Virus record (IMG/VR): IMGVR_UViG_3300012942_000063
Coordinates: 1-47,977 of that record
Source of the DNA: a virus
Lineage: Duplodnaviria; Caudoviricetes
Length of the DNA: 47,977 nt
Direction: 5' to 3' (one strand)
Position 1 is the stretch's first letter. Every line of letters begins with the position of its first letter. The notes beneath the pieces are model-generated. The model saw only the letters and a program-made list of their open reading frames with translations. It searched no databases and was not told the DNA's origin. Made by a program: the position numbers and the translations under genes. Below are positions 9,638 to 17,769 of this stretch, one piece after another.

Positions 9638-10429
9638 ATGAACATCGTTATCCCTCCGGCCATCGTCGGCATGACCCCGGAACTCACCGAGTTCTTCGAG
9701 GGCATGGTCCATAAGCTGAACGTGAACAGCCACAAGGACGCGATCCGGTCCGATGACATCGACGGCTTGCTTGCCAAGATGCAGGCGGAGATACAGGAGT
9801 TCCGGGACCAGCGGATCGCCGATGCCAGTGATGCCAACATGCTGTCGGAACTCCACGACATCGGGAACTTTGCCTTCCTGCTCTACGCCTATCTCCGGTC
9901 GCGCGGCCTCAAGACGATGCGGGAGCGCTTCCTCGACGAGTATTTCGACGTGAGCACCGTCGAGGGCCGGGTGTACTGTCGCAAGACGCGACCCGGCTCG
10001 CCCCTACAGCCGGGCGAGGAGGTATACGGGAGCGCGCGCGATGGCGTCCGCTACATAAGGTCGCAGAGCGTCGCCGCCGGGGTCTCCGTGTCGGTCTCGA
10101 TCCGCGATCTGGTGTGGTGGAAGCACCACGGCCGGTGGCCCGAGCGCCCGTTGCGGTACAAGCGCCAGCAGGGGCCGTCGCTCACCACGACGAAGGACTG
10201 CATCGACAATCTCGAGCTTGTCCCCGAGGAGCCGGGCGGCAAGCTGCCATTCGTGTTCTGCTATCAGCCAAAGGGTCGCGAGAACGCCAAGAATTACGGA
10301 CGGTTCGGGTATCAGCGCCGCCACGCCTTCAAGCTCGTCCGCGTCGGCTACTGGGACAGCGCGGAGGAGGCCGCGCGCGAGGGCGTCAAGGCGTGGAAAG
10401 CCAAGGTAAGGGAGACGGGCAATGTCTAA
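9638..10429 (+). CDS. mazZ: MazG-like (d)GTP diphosphohydrolase (MazZ-type) fused to degenerate HNH-AP2 domain
   Basis: N-terminal ExxE...ExxD (EIQE...ELHD) in about 90 helical residues; located between purZ and datZ; C-terminal half follows the HNH-AP2 pattern. Confidence 0.7.
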   Translation: MNIVIPPAIVGMTPELTEFFEGMVHKLNVNSHKDAIRSDDIDGLLAKMQAEIQEFRDQRIADASDANMLSELHDIGNFAFLLYAYLRSRGLKTMRERFLDEYFDVSTVEGRVYCRKTRPGSPLQPGEEVYGSARDGVRYIRSQSVAAGVSVSVSIRDLVWWKHHGRWPERPLRYKRQQGPSLTTTKDCIDNLELVPEEPGGKLPFVFCYQPKGRENAKNYGRFGYQRRHAFKLVRVGYWDSAEEAAREGVKAWKAKVRETGNV

Positions 10430-10589
10430 CCTATTCGGCCCCGGGTTGCGCGCGTCGCGGATGACCGTCAACGTAGCACACGTCGTGCTGCAGATGTCCA
10501 CCAAGCCAATAATTTTCGGATGTGCCGAAGTGGTCGCCAAGTCGCCGTCAAGTCGTTCAACGACAACGGCGTTCCGCAATACGCGCTGA
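10422..10589 (+). CDS. Possible 55-aa ORF
   Basis: GGAG RBS before ATG 10422; fills the gap between mazZ and datZ; no motif. Confidence 0.3.
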   Translation: MSNLFGPGLRASRMTVNVAHVVLQMSTKPIIFGCAEVVAKSPSSRSTTTAFRNTR

Positions 10590-10626
10590 CCGAATACGGG
10601 CAGCAGGTCAAGACGAAACTGGAGAG

Positions 10627-11337
10627 ATGGCTGTGCTTGAGCGCGAATTAGTTGACGCCCTGTTCGTCAAGCGGTGGTCGATCGTCCGCACCCTGATGCC
10701 GCAGAGCGTCGCGGAGCATAGTTTTTTAGTCGCCCACTACGCGAACGACATCTGCACCTATTTGGGCGTGGACAAGGACTTGCACCTTGCGGTTCTACAA
10801 TACGCGCTATGGCACGACATGGACGAGCAATTCACCGGAGACTTGCCCGGCCCAAATAAGCGTGGGTTGCTCGAGGCGATCGGTCCCGATGCCAAGAGCA
10901 AATGGGACGCCCGGTTGAAGACGTGGACCGACCGCGTGTTTGACAACGCGCTGGAGCGGTCCGGCGGCAAGCTCGGGCCGAAGGACGCCGTAACCCTGCT
11001 GCTGGTCGTTAAGACGGCCGACTGGCTCGAGGCGGCTGTTCGCATGGCCACCGAGGACCAGATGGGCAACCGGTGTGCGACCCGGCACATCGTGCCAAAC
11101 CGGGACGGCGCGCGCGACTGCGCCGCCAAGCTCTGCCACCATCTGTTCGAAGTCCCGATCTACGTGGACGAGATACCACACAACCCGGGGCTCGGCCAGC
11201 AGACTTTCAACGAACTCGATGAAATGATCATCCGCTGCGTAAACGACGCGCAGCACGGCCAGTCGCGCGGCCCGTGGATCACCGGGGAAGACGACGATCG
11301 CGTGTTCGACCCGGCATTGGGAGACCGGGAGGCGTGA
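10627..11337 (+). CDS. datZ: HD-domain dATP triphosphohydrolase DatZ
   Basis: VKRWSIVRT..QSVAEHSF, ALWHDMDEQFTGDLPGP, VVKTADWLEA HD-hydrolase motifs; RBS GGAGAG; linked to purZ. Confidence 0.9.
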   Translation: MAVLERELVDALFVKRWSIVRTLMPQSVAEHSFLVAHYANDICTYLGVDKDLHLAVLQYALWHDMDEQFTGDLPGPNKRGLLEAIGPDAKSKWDARLKTWTDRVFDNALERSGGKLGPKDAVTLLLVVKTADWLEAAVRMATEDQMGNRCATRHIVPNRDGARDCAAKLCHHLFEVPIYVDEIPHNPGLGQQTFNELDEMIIRCVNDAQHGQSRGPWITGEDDDRVFDPALGDREA

Positions 11338-11831
11338 AGTGTGGCGCTCTGTTTTCCCCGGTGTGCATCGGGCGAGACGGGGAATGGCCTCCGGAGGCAA
11401 TGTGCACAAACCGCCCAACGCTGTGTCGAAAGTGCAATTCGGCCAAGGTAAAGCAGTACTACCGGGACAACCCGGAGAAGCGCTCGGCAGTTCGTCGCCG
11501 TTGCAATAAACGGTCTTACTGGAATAACGTGGAGAAACGGAGAGCGGCAAAGCGGGAATACGCAAAGCGCAACAAGCAAGCCGTTAACCGACGTGCCAAC
11601 AACCGAAAGACTAAGCTAAAGACGATTTGCCAGATCACGGACGCGGAGTGGCGAGAGGTCCTTGACACCTACGGCCACCGTTGCTTAGCTTGCGGGTCTA
11701 CCGAGGACGTAACCCGCGACCACGTAGTGCCGATTTCAAAAGGCGGCGAAGACACCGCTGCCAACTCGCAGCCGTTGTGTCGTTCGTGCAACGCTTCTAA
11801 GGGAGCAAAGACCATTGACTACCGTACCTAA
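11334..11831 (+). CDS. HNH endonuclease
   Basis: CLACG...TRDHVVPISKGG....NSQPLCRSCNASKG; GTGA overlap with datZ stop. Confidence 0.9.
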   Translation: MKCGALFSPVCIGRDGEWPPEAMCTNRPTLCRKCNSAKVKQYYRDNPEKRSAVRRRCNKRSYWNNVEKRRAAKREYAKRNKQAVNRRANNRKTKLKTICQITDAEWREVLDTYGHRCLACGSTEDVTRDHVVPISKGGEDTAANSQPLCRSCNASKGAKTIDYRT

Positions 11832-13341
11832 TTGGGACGCGCCGGGCCTCGTCCTATCGATTGACGACCTATACGAGGTGCAACAGGAGGCCCTGCGCGG
11901 GGCTGCAGACAAACCCGGTTACGCCCTATTTCTCGAGCAGGGGCTCGGCAAGACGCGAACAGTGCTGTATGAGTTCCACAACAAGCAAGTCCGAGGGCTG
12001 GCTGATATCCTCGTCGTCGTATGCCCCCGTCCGCTGCGCGGCGCGTGGCGCGACGAAGCGGCGGAGATCGGGCTAAACTACCCGGTGATCCTGATGAAGA
12101 ACGAGAAGAAGACCCGGGCGGCGCTCAACGAGATCGGGCGGCAGCCGATGATCCTCGTGCTCCACTATGAGCAGGTTCTGACGCACGGCCGGCGCATTCT
12201 CGAGGCGATGCTCGAAAGGAAGAAGCGCATCTACATTGCCCTAGACGAGAGCGTCCGCATCAAGAAACACAGCAGTATCATCGGCGAGCGGCTCTATTTC
12301 CTCGCCAATGCCAAGGAACGCATCCAGCAGGGTAAGAAGAAGCTCCTGATCGACGTGGCCAACCGGCTTCCGGCGGCGTACAAGCGCGTTCTGTCAGGCA
12401 CCCCCGCGCCGCAAGGGGCACACGATCTCTGGAACCAGTTCCGTTTCATCGGTGAGATGGATCGGACCCCTTACTACGCGTGGCGCAGCCTGTATTGCCG
12501 GATGGGCGGATACATGGGCAAGCAGATACTCGGGTATCAGAACCTCGACCTGATGCGCGAACGAACGGGCCGCTTCGCCTTCCGCGCCAAGAAGGCCGAC
12601 TGGACCGATCTCCCCGAGAAGATACCGATGCCGCCGCGTGAGGTAGAACTTACCCCCGAGCAGCGGCGCGCCTATCTAGAGATCATGCATGAGTTCGTGA
12701 TCGAGTTCGGAGAAGGAGACTATCTGACGGTCGAAATGGCAATCACCGTCAAGAACAAGCTCCAACAAATCTGCTCTGGCTGGGTGTACGACAACGAGAA
12801 GAACGTACGCGAACTGGTATCTCCGGGCGACAACCCGAAGCTACAGGAGGCGATGTCCATTTTGGGCGACATCGAGACGAAGAGCTTAGCCTTCTACTTT
12901 TTCAAGCCGACGCGTGAGTATCTCGACGCGCTTGCGGCCCAAACAGGGCGCGGGTACGTTTTCCTCGAAAGCGGGCTGTCGGATAGCGAGTTCGACAGGC
13001 GCAAGCGGGCCTTCAACGAGGACGATGACATCGCATGGGCATTCTGCCAGACCGACGCGGTAAAGGAGGGCCATACGCTGCTCGGAACCGAAGCGGTGCC
13101 GTGCCACAACACGCTGTTCATCGAGAACACCTATTCGCTCTACGCCCGGTCGCAGGCGGAGGACCGGAACCACCGCCACGGCCAGAAGTATCCGGTGAAC
13201 TACTGGGACATTGTGACGAGCCGCGAGGACAAGGCGATCATCAAGGCCCTGCAGAAGAAAGGCGACATGCAGGAGGCGATCCTGTCCGAGTTCACTGCCT
13301 ACCGCGAGGGCGGCGCCAGTGCACTCCACTTCGAAGAGTGA
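11815..13341 (+). CDS. SNF2-like superfamily 2 helicase
   Basis: EQGLGKT, DES, LSGTP, QAEDRNHRHGQ motifs. Confidence 0.9.
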   Translation: MTTVPNWDAPGLVLSIDDLYEVQQEALRGAADKPGYALFLEQGLGKTRTVLYEFHNKQVRGLADILVVVCPRPLRGAWRDEAAEIGLNYPVILMKNEKKTRAALNEIGRQPMILVLHYEQVLTHGRRILEAMLERKKRIYIALDESVRIKKHSSIIGERLYFLANAKERIQQGKKKLLIDVANRLPAAYKRVLSGTPAPQGAHDLWNQFRFIGEMDRTPYYAWRSLYCRMGGYMGKQILGYQNLDLMRERTGRFAFRAKKADWTDLPEKIPMPPREVELTPEQRRAYLEIMHEFVIEFGEGDYLTVEMAITVKNKLQQICSGWVYDNEKNVRELVSPGDNPKLQEAMSILGDIETKSLAFYFFKPTREYLDALAAQTGRGYVFLESGLSDSEFDRRKRAFNEDDDIAWAFCQTDAVKEGHTLLGTEAVPCHNTLFIENTYSLYARSQAEDRNHRHGQKYPVNYWDIVTSREDKAIIKALQKKGDMQEAILSEFTAYREGGASALHFEE

Positions 13342-13351
13342 ACGGAATACA

Positions 13352-13380
13352 TTGACACATACCTCCCGCTGTGGTAAAAG
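13352..13380 (+). promoter_or_regulatory. Early promoter TTGACA-N17-TAAAAG
   Basis: Consensus -35, 17-nt spacer, TGn-extended -10; near-identical copy at 13825. Confidence 0.75.
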
Positions 13381-13442
13381 GGATTCAGAAGCAATGGCCC
13401 GGCAATTCCGCCGAGCGCCACCGCCCAAAGGAGGGCAACACT

Positions 13443-13613
13443 ATGGCGAAAGCCGCTCCTCTCTTCTGCGACACCACCCGCCGCAACTGGGGGTACTGGG
13501 ACGGCGTTTCCGACGCCAAAACCGGCAAGCGACCCGAATGGGAGGGGAAGTCCCACTACGACCCACACTACGAGGCCGGGTACTGGGCTGGCCGCAACGA
13601 GGAGGCCCGTTAA
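13443..13613 (+). CDS. Small early protein
   Basis: RBS AGGAGG; aromatic-rich GYWDG...YEAGYWAG pattern. Confidence 0.7.
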   Translation: MAKAAPLFCDTTRRNWGYWDGVSDAKTGKRPEWEGKSHYDPHYEAGYWAGRNEEAR

Positions 13614-13828
13614 TGTCAAACTCGGTTCGCATGTATGTCGAAGACGCGGTAGGGCAGAAGTACTGCTTTACCGTGGCCGAAAACACCGACAAGAACAAAT
13701 CGGATTTCCGCAAGCACGCCGCTTGGTGGAAAAGGTACGTAAGGTCCCACGACGGCCAGAAGGCGTACCGAAACACGACAGCAGGTTCACCCTGTTTCCC
13801 CGTAAAAACGGTGATCGAGGAGTATTGA
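13613..13828 (+). CDS. Small early protein
   Basis: RBS GGAGG; TAATG coupling. Confidence 0.65.
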   Translation: MSNSVRMYVEDAVGQKYCFTVAENTDKNKSDFRKHAAWWKRYVRSHDGQKAYRNTTAGSPCFPVKTVIEEY

Positions 13829-13853
13829 CACATACCTCCCGCTGTGTTAAAAG
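13825..13853 (+). promoter_or_regulatory. Early promoter TTGACA-N17-TAAAAG
   Basis: Copy of the 13352 promoter. Confidence 0.75.
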
Positions 13854-13887
13854 GGGTCTCAATTAAGGCACAGGACGGAGACACGAA

Positions 13888-14133
13888 ATGGCCCACGGCC
13901 CCACGCTGAAACAGGTTAACGCTGCCATCGCCAAGGCGCGCATTCCCCTCACTCTCGACCGGGTTTCGGACGGGTACCACCTCTTCATCTACGATCGCCC
14001 GGAGGCGAACATCTACGAGACCGAGAGCGAGATGGTCCCCTACACCAGCAACTATTCGCTGCAGGCGTGGGTCCGCTATGCCGAATACGCGTGGAACGTT
14101 ATCAGCAAGCGCATCGAAGGGAGGGTTGCGTAA
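13888..14133 (+). CDS. Hypothetical protein
   Basis: RBS GGAG; downstream of promoter. Confidence 0.7.
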   Translation: MAHGPTLKQVNAAIAKARIPLTLDRVSDGYHLFIYDRPEANIYETESEMVPYTSNYSLQAWVRYAEYAWNVISKRIEGRVA

Positions 14134-14481
14134 ATGTCGCACGAGCTTCTCATGGCCTATGAGTTCTCGCAACTCACGCAGCAGCGCCGCACCGTAGCCC
14201 GGGCCGATCTCGAGGCGATCCTCGCCGCCGGTCATGTCGCCGTGGTTGAACGGCAGCCCCGGTATTGCGGCATCACCGACGCGATGCTTCCCGGCACGAA
14301 CGACCGTCTCGTCGCAGTTGTCGCCACGACCGATGGAGCGCGCATCCTCGCCGAGGCGCTGACCGAGGGCCACTATGAAGCCTGCGGCGACGGCCATTTC
14401 GAAGTGTGGGACCGCATGCCCGATCCACTCGGCCGCTTCGCTGCGCCGCTCCCCCAATCCATGGACGAGGTGCCGTTCTGA
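14134..14481 (+). CDS. Hypothetical protein
   Basis: RBS GGAGG; abuts previous gene. Confidence 0.7.
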   Translation: MSHELLMAYEFSQLTQQRRTVARADLEAILAAGHVAVVERQPRYCGITDAMLPGTNDRLVAVVATTDGARILAEALTEGHYEACGDGHFEVWDRMPDPLGRFAAPLPQSMDEVPF

Positions 14482-14738
14482 TGATCATCGAGACCCACGA
14501 CATCACCAAACAGCAGATCGTCCTTCATCTGATCGATCGCGTTGATCTGGAGGGCAGGAAGTATTGCTCCATCATGCTGGAGTTTCCAGACGGCGGCAAG
14601 CTCGTGTGGAGGCCCTACCGCTCGAAGGCATCATGCCGCGCCGCCGCGCGCAAGCTGGCCGCCAAGCCGTTCCAGTGCTACGGAACCATCGCCGAACAGC
14701 TTGGCGGCGCAACCATCATCGACGAACTGGGAGACTGA
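14481..14738 (+). CDS. Hypothetical protein
   Basis: TGATG coupling, RBS GAGG. Confidence 0.65.
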   Translation: MIIETHDITKQQIVLHLIDRVDLEGRKYCSIMLEFPDGGKLVWRPYRSKASCRAAARKLAAKPFQCYGTIAEQLGGATIIDELGD

Positions 14739-14740
14739 AC

Positions 14741-15007
14741 ATGAACAAGAATCGACGCAAGACCATCGAACAGGGCATAGCCCTTTTGCAGCAGGCGACG
14801 CCACTACTCGACGAGGCGCGCCAGCTGATCGAGGAAGCCGGGCAGGAGGAGCGCGACTACTTCGACAACATGCCCGAGAACATGCAGAGCGGCGAGCGTG
14901 GAGAGCAAGCCAGCGCCGCCGCCGACGCGCTGGAAGAAATCGCCTCGAACCTCGAAGAGGCGAACGTCGAAGAGTGGGTCGCTCGCCTCGAAGAGGCACT
15001 GGGATAA
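14741..15007 (+). CDS. Conserved acidic helical phage protein
   Basis: MNKNRRK...EERDYFDNMPENMQSGERGE pattern; RBS GGAG. Confidence 0.75.
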   Translation: MNKNRRKTIEQGIALLQQATPLLDEARQLIEEAGQEERDYFDNMPENMQSGERGEQASAAADALEEIASNLEEANVEEWVARLEEALG

Positions 15008-15019
15008 AGGAGACTAACC

Positions 15020-15316
15020 ATGGAACTCCATCCAGACCACCCCGACGCTAACGCCCGCCCGGGCGACCAGCGGACCGACGGCACCGGCCGCTTGTGGACC
15101 TTCGGAACGAACCAATACGCCAGCTTCTGGCGCGCGGGTCCGAAGGACGGCACGGTCACTTGCAGCAAGGACTACCCGGGCCTTCCCGAGCCGTACCGCG
15201 TAGGCGGCGTCGCCTGCAAGGACTTCGACAAGGCAGCGGCGCGGTCCCGTGCCAGCGCCCGGACGGAGTACGAGCAGGCCAAGCGGATCGTCGATCGTTA
15301 CGAGGCGTCGGAATGA
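15020..15316 (+). CDS. Hypothetical protein
   Basis: RBS AAGGAG. Confidence 0.7.
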   Translation: MELHPDHPDANARPGDQRTDGTGRLWTFGTNQYASFWRAGPKDGTVTCSKDYPGLPEPYRVGGVACKDFDKAAARSRASARTEYEQAKRIVDRYEASE

Positions 15317-15390
15317 CCCGCTACCTGATCGCGTGGCTTATTTGCCGTTTCTTCCCGCTCTTCGCCGACGTACCGATATGGCGGGTCCGG

Positions 15391-15421
15391 GTGATACCTC
15401 CCCGCCACGGGGAGGTATCAC
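15391..15421. terminator. Perfect 14-bp inverted repeat between convergent transcription units
   Basis: GTGATACCTCCCCG-cca-CGGGGAGGTATCAC; no U-tract, so it may instead be a protein-binding palindrome. Confidence 0.5.
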
Positions 15422-15469
15422 GGAGCGGCAGGAGGCGGCATCTCGGTACTCTAGGGCCTCCGCGCCCCG

Positions 15470-15811
15470 TCAGTGTCCCGTGGACGTCCCCGGAGGCGTA
15501 CCTACGTCAGGACACCCCGCTGTCGAGGCGTTAAGCGCGTCCTCGTAGTTGAGCCGCGCCCCGGCCTGACTGACGACCTGCTCGGCCTGTGCCCCGGTGG
15601 CCAGCTTGTTCCACTGGTCCCTCGACAAGCGGCTCTTGATCGAGGCGGGCTTGGCAGGCCGGTCCTTCACGCAGCCGACGGCCACTGCCACCGGGACTTC
15701 CTTGTACACCACCTGCGGCTCGGCCGGGCGCGGGTCCGGGCCGTGGGCGCAGCCGGCGAGCAGCGAGATCAGAAGCCCTGATCGAACAAGACGCCCATGG
15801 CGTATCGACAT
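15470..15811 (-). CDS. Outer-membrane spanin (Rz1-like lipoprotein)
   Basis: Lipobox LLAGC, Pro-rich segment, overlaps 3' end of i-spanin; RBS GGAGG. Confidence 0.8.
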   Translation of the reverse strand: MSIRHGRLVRSGLLISLLAGCAHGPDPRPAEPQVVYKEVPVAVAVGCVKDRPAKPASIKSRLSRDQWNKLATGAQAEQVVSQAGARLNYEDALNASTAGCPDVGTPPGTSTGH

Positions 15812-16245
15812 TCTGCTACCTCCGCATCGGACGACTGTTCGTCGGTCCGGGTTGATGCCTGCTTGGCGGTCGAAATCCACTTGTCCCGTTCCGCCATTGC
15901 TGTTTGGGCCTGCTGCCTCGCCGCATTCGCCTGTTGGGCGTACTGCTGCGACTTAGCATGCAAGTCGTTGATCGTCCCTGACTGATCACTAATCGTGCGG
16001 TCCGCTGCGGCCCAATTATCGTGGGCAGTCTGGCGGTCCTTGGCCAGCGCGGCAATATCCGCCGAGATGTGATCCATCCTCGGGTTTTTGAAGCCGGCGG
16101 TGGCTAGCGAACTCACGGCGCTGTCTGCGATGCCGTGATACTTTGCCCGGAGGCTGTTGACCCGGAGGCCCCACGTCGCCAGTATCACGAACGCGGCGAC
16201 AATGCCGATCGCCAGATAAGCCCTGATCCCGCTCAGCACATCCAT
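15769..16245 (-). CDS. Inner-membrane spanin (Rz-like)
   Basis: N-terminal TM followed by coiled coil; follows endolysin. Confidence 0.8.
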   Translation of the reverse strand: MDVLSGIRAYLAIGIVAAFVILATWGLRVNSLRAKYHGIADSAVSSLATAGFKNPRMDHISADIAALAKDRQTAHDNWAAADRTISDQSGTINDLHAKSQQYAQQANAARQQAQTAMAERDKWISTAKQASTRTDEQSSDAEVAECRYAMGVLFDQGF

Positions 16246-16246
16246 G

Positions 16247-16849
16247 TTACAGCCCCGTCATGCAGATTTTGTATTCGTATGTCCGCCGGTTGGTTAGGCC
16301 CCGAACCTTGCAGGACACGTACCCCGGGCGACCCTTGACCGCCCGACACCCGCTGAACCCGTCCTGATTATCGTTTGCCGCCTTGACCGTCACGCGGTCC
16401 CACGCCGTTATTGCCTTGCAGCCGGCGGCGATCTGTCCCGCGTTGAAGTAGCGCGCGGCGCTTGATCCACAGTAATTGCCGCCACCGATGTTGTAGGTAA
16501 GCAGGCCGGCGGCGACGAGGGGATACCCCTCAAGTTTCGGGGTACAGCGCCGCACGTCCGCCACGTGGAGCATCGCCTGTTTCTCGAGGCTCTTCTGGCA
16601 TTCGGCGTCGGTGTAGAATTTTCCGACCTGAACGTCCGTCGTGTCGCCGTAGCACTTCGTGGGGATACCGGCGATATCAAGATACCCGGTGTTCTTTTTG
16701 CCCTCCCACTGCGCCAGCCCGGACAGCAGGGCGGCAGCGAATGCCGCGCCGCCCATGGCGTAGGCGATCGTCCCTTTCTTGGGGCCGGTGACTACGATAT
16801 CCTCGCCCTCGGGGGGCGTCGGTTCAGGGGCCTTTTGGGGGTTCGCCAT
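16247..16849 (-). CDS. SAR endolysin (GH24 lysozyme)
   Basis: Ala/Gly-rich N-terminal anchor; E-x8-D-x5-T triad (EGKKNTGYLDIAGIPT), CYGDT, YNIG, GLTNRR. Confidence 0.9.
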   Translation of the reverse strand: MANPQKAPEPTPPEGEDIVVTGPKKGTIAYAMGGAAFAAALLSGLAQWEGKKNTGYLDIAGIPTKCYGDTTDVQVGKFYTDAECQKSLEKQAMLHVADVRRCTPKLEGYPLVAAGLLTYNIGGGNYCGSSAARYFNAGQIAAGCKAITAWDRVTVKAANDNQDGFSGCRAVKGRPGYVSCKVRGLTNRRTYEYKICMTGL

Positions 16850-17108
16850 GCTTCTGCACCCAATGCTCGAATAGCTTGCGCTGTGCTGCAATCCGGATCA
16901 CCACCGAGGCGATCGACAGAGCGGCCCAGATAACGGCGGGAATGACGTCCTGAATGGCGGCGGGGAGCTGCGCTTTGAACTCGTTAATCAAATTCGGGTC
17001 GTAGAGAAACACCGAACCGATGGTGGACATCAGCAGCATAAACTGCACCGACCACATGCGTAGTGCGGTCTTCACGTCAGCCACGGTCCTGATCTTGGGA
17101 AGTTTCAC
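16824..17108 (-). CDS. Holin
   Basis: Two TM segments, RMWSVQ motif, directly upstream of endolysin. Confidence 0.7.
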   Translation of the reverse strand: MKLPKIRTVADVKTALRMWSVQFMLLMSTIGSVFLYDPNLINEFKAQLPAAIQDVIPAVIWAALSIASVVIRIAAQRKLFEHWVQKHGEPPKGP

Positions 17109-17274
17109 CAGCCGCCCCCTTCGATGACGGCGGCACATTAGACCCGGACGCGTCATCCGGCAAGCGATCTAGATCGCCAAGAAGACCGGCCATGTCTGGC
17201 GGAACATCGGTTTCAGCGAGGAAGGCAGCAAGCAGTGCGAGGCCGACCACGCGCCGGGCCTCGTCCGGTCGCAC
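17077..17274 (-). CDS. Small protein resembling NepR anti-sigma factor
   Basis: VGLALLAAF-x5-VPPDMAGLLGDLD fits the NepR two-helix pattern; RBS GGAG 8 nt before GTG. Confidence 0.5.
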   Translation of the reverse strand: MRPDEARRVVGLALLAAFLAETDVPPDMAGLLGDLDRLPDDASGSNVPPSSKGAAGETSQDQDRG

Positions 17275-17279
17275 GGCAC

Positions 17280-17651
17280 CTACTCCGTCGCGGGCGGCGG
17301 GGAGAGGTGGTGATACTGCTCGAGGGTGGTAATTCGCTGCTTGAGCATCGCGATATCGCTGCTCTGCGTGGCCTGAATGGTGGCCATAGTGTCCACGCGG
17401 TGCGAGGTGTCCTGCGAAGTCTGCTGCACCGAGGTTACGGTGGCATCGATCCGGGCGAGGGTGGTTTGCACGTTATTGAGGCTCGACAGAACCCACGCCC
17501 CCATCGCCAGCGTCGCGGCCACCACGATCGTGGCGATGTGCTTGGACATGCCCTGCGGTTCGGTCGGGCGCTCGAGCGACTTCATCGCTGCGACCAACTC
17601 CGCGAAACTGGGCTGCTGTCCCGCCACCGGCCCTTGTTCCCTATTTTCCAC
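17280..17651 (-). CDS. Single-TM coiled-coil membrane protein (lysis-associated); start uncertain, could be 17762
   Basis: IATIVVAATLAMGAWVLSSL TM followed by heptad region. Confidence 0.6.
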   Translation of the reverse strand: MENREQGPVAGQQPSFAELVAAMKSLERPTEPQGMSKHIATIVVAATLAMGAWVLSSLNNVQTTLARIDATVTSVQQTSQDTSHRVDTMATIQATQSSDIAMLKQRITTLEQYHHLSPPPATE

Positions 17652-17769
17652 CCGATACCCCCCAACGCGTGGCCTGGCCATGCCGTTCCTGACAGAAACA
17701 GAACTACCACGCTGGGGCGCGGGACGGAAGGGTGTCAGCGGGGAAGTCCTCGCGGTCTCCATGGGGGCG

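Larger units (their letters stand above)
13351..13856 (+). repeat. 33-bp direct repeat pair (13351-13383 and 13824-13856, 1 mismatch)
   Basis: ATTGACACATACCTCCCGCTGTG(G/T)TAAAAGGGG occurs twice. Confidence 0.9.

Noticed and set aside
15313-15534. 73-aa ORF spanning the palindrome
   Set aside because: Runs through the 14-bp hairpin and overlaps the o-spanin antisense; left uncalled despite its ATGA coupling
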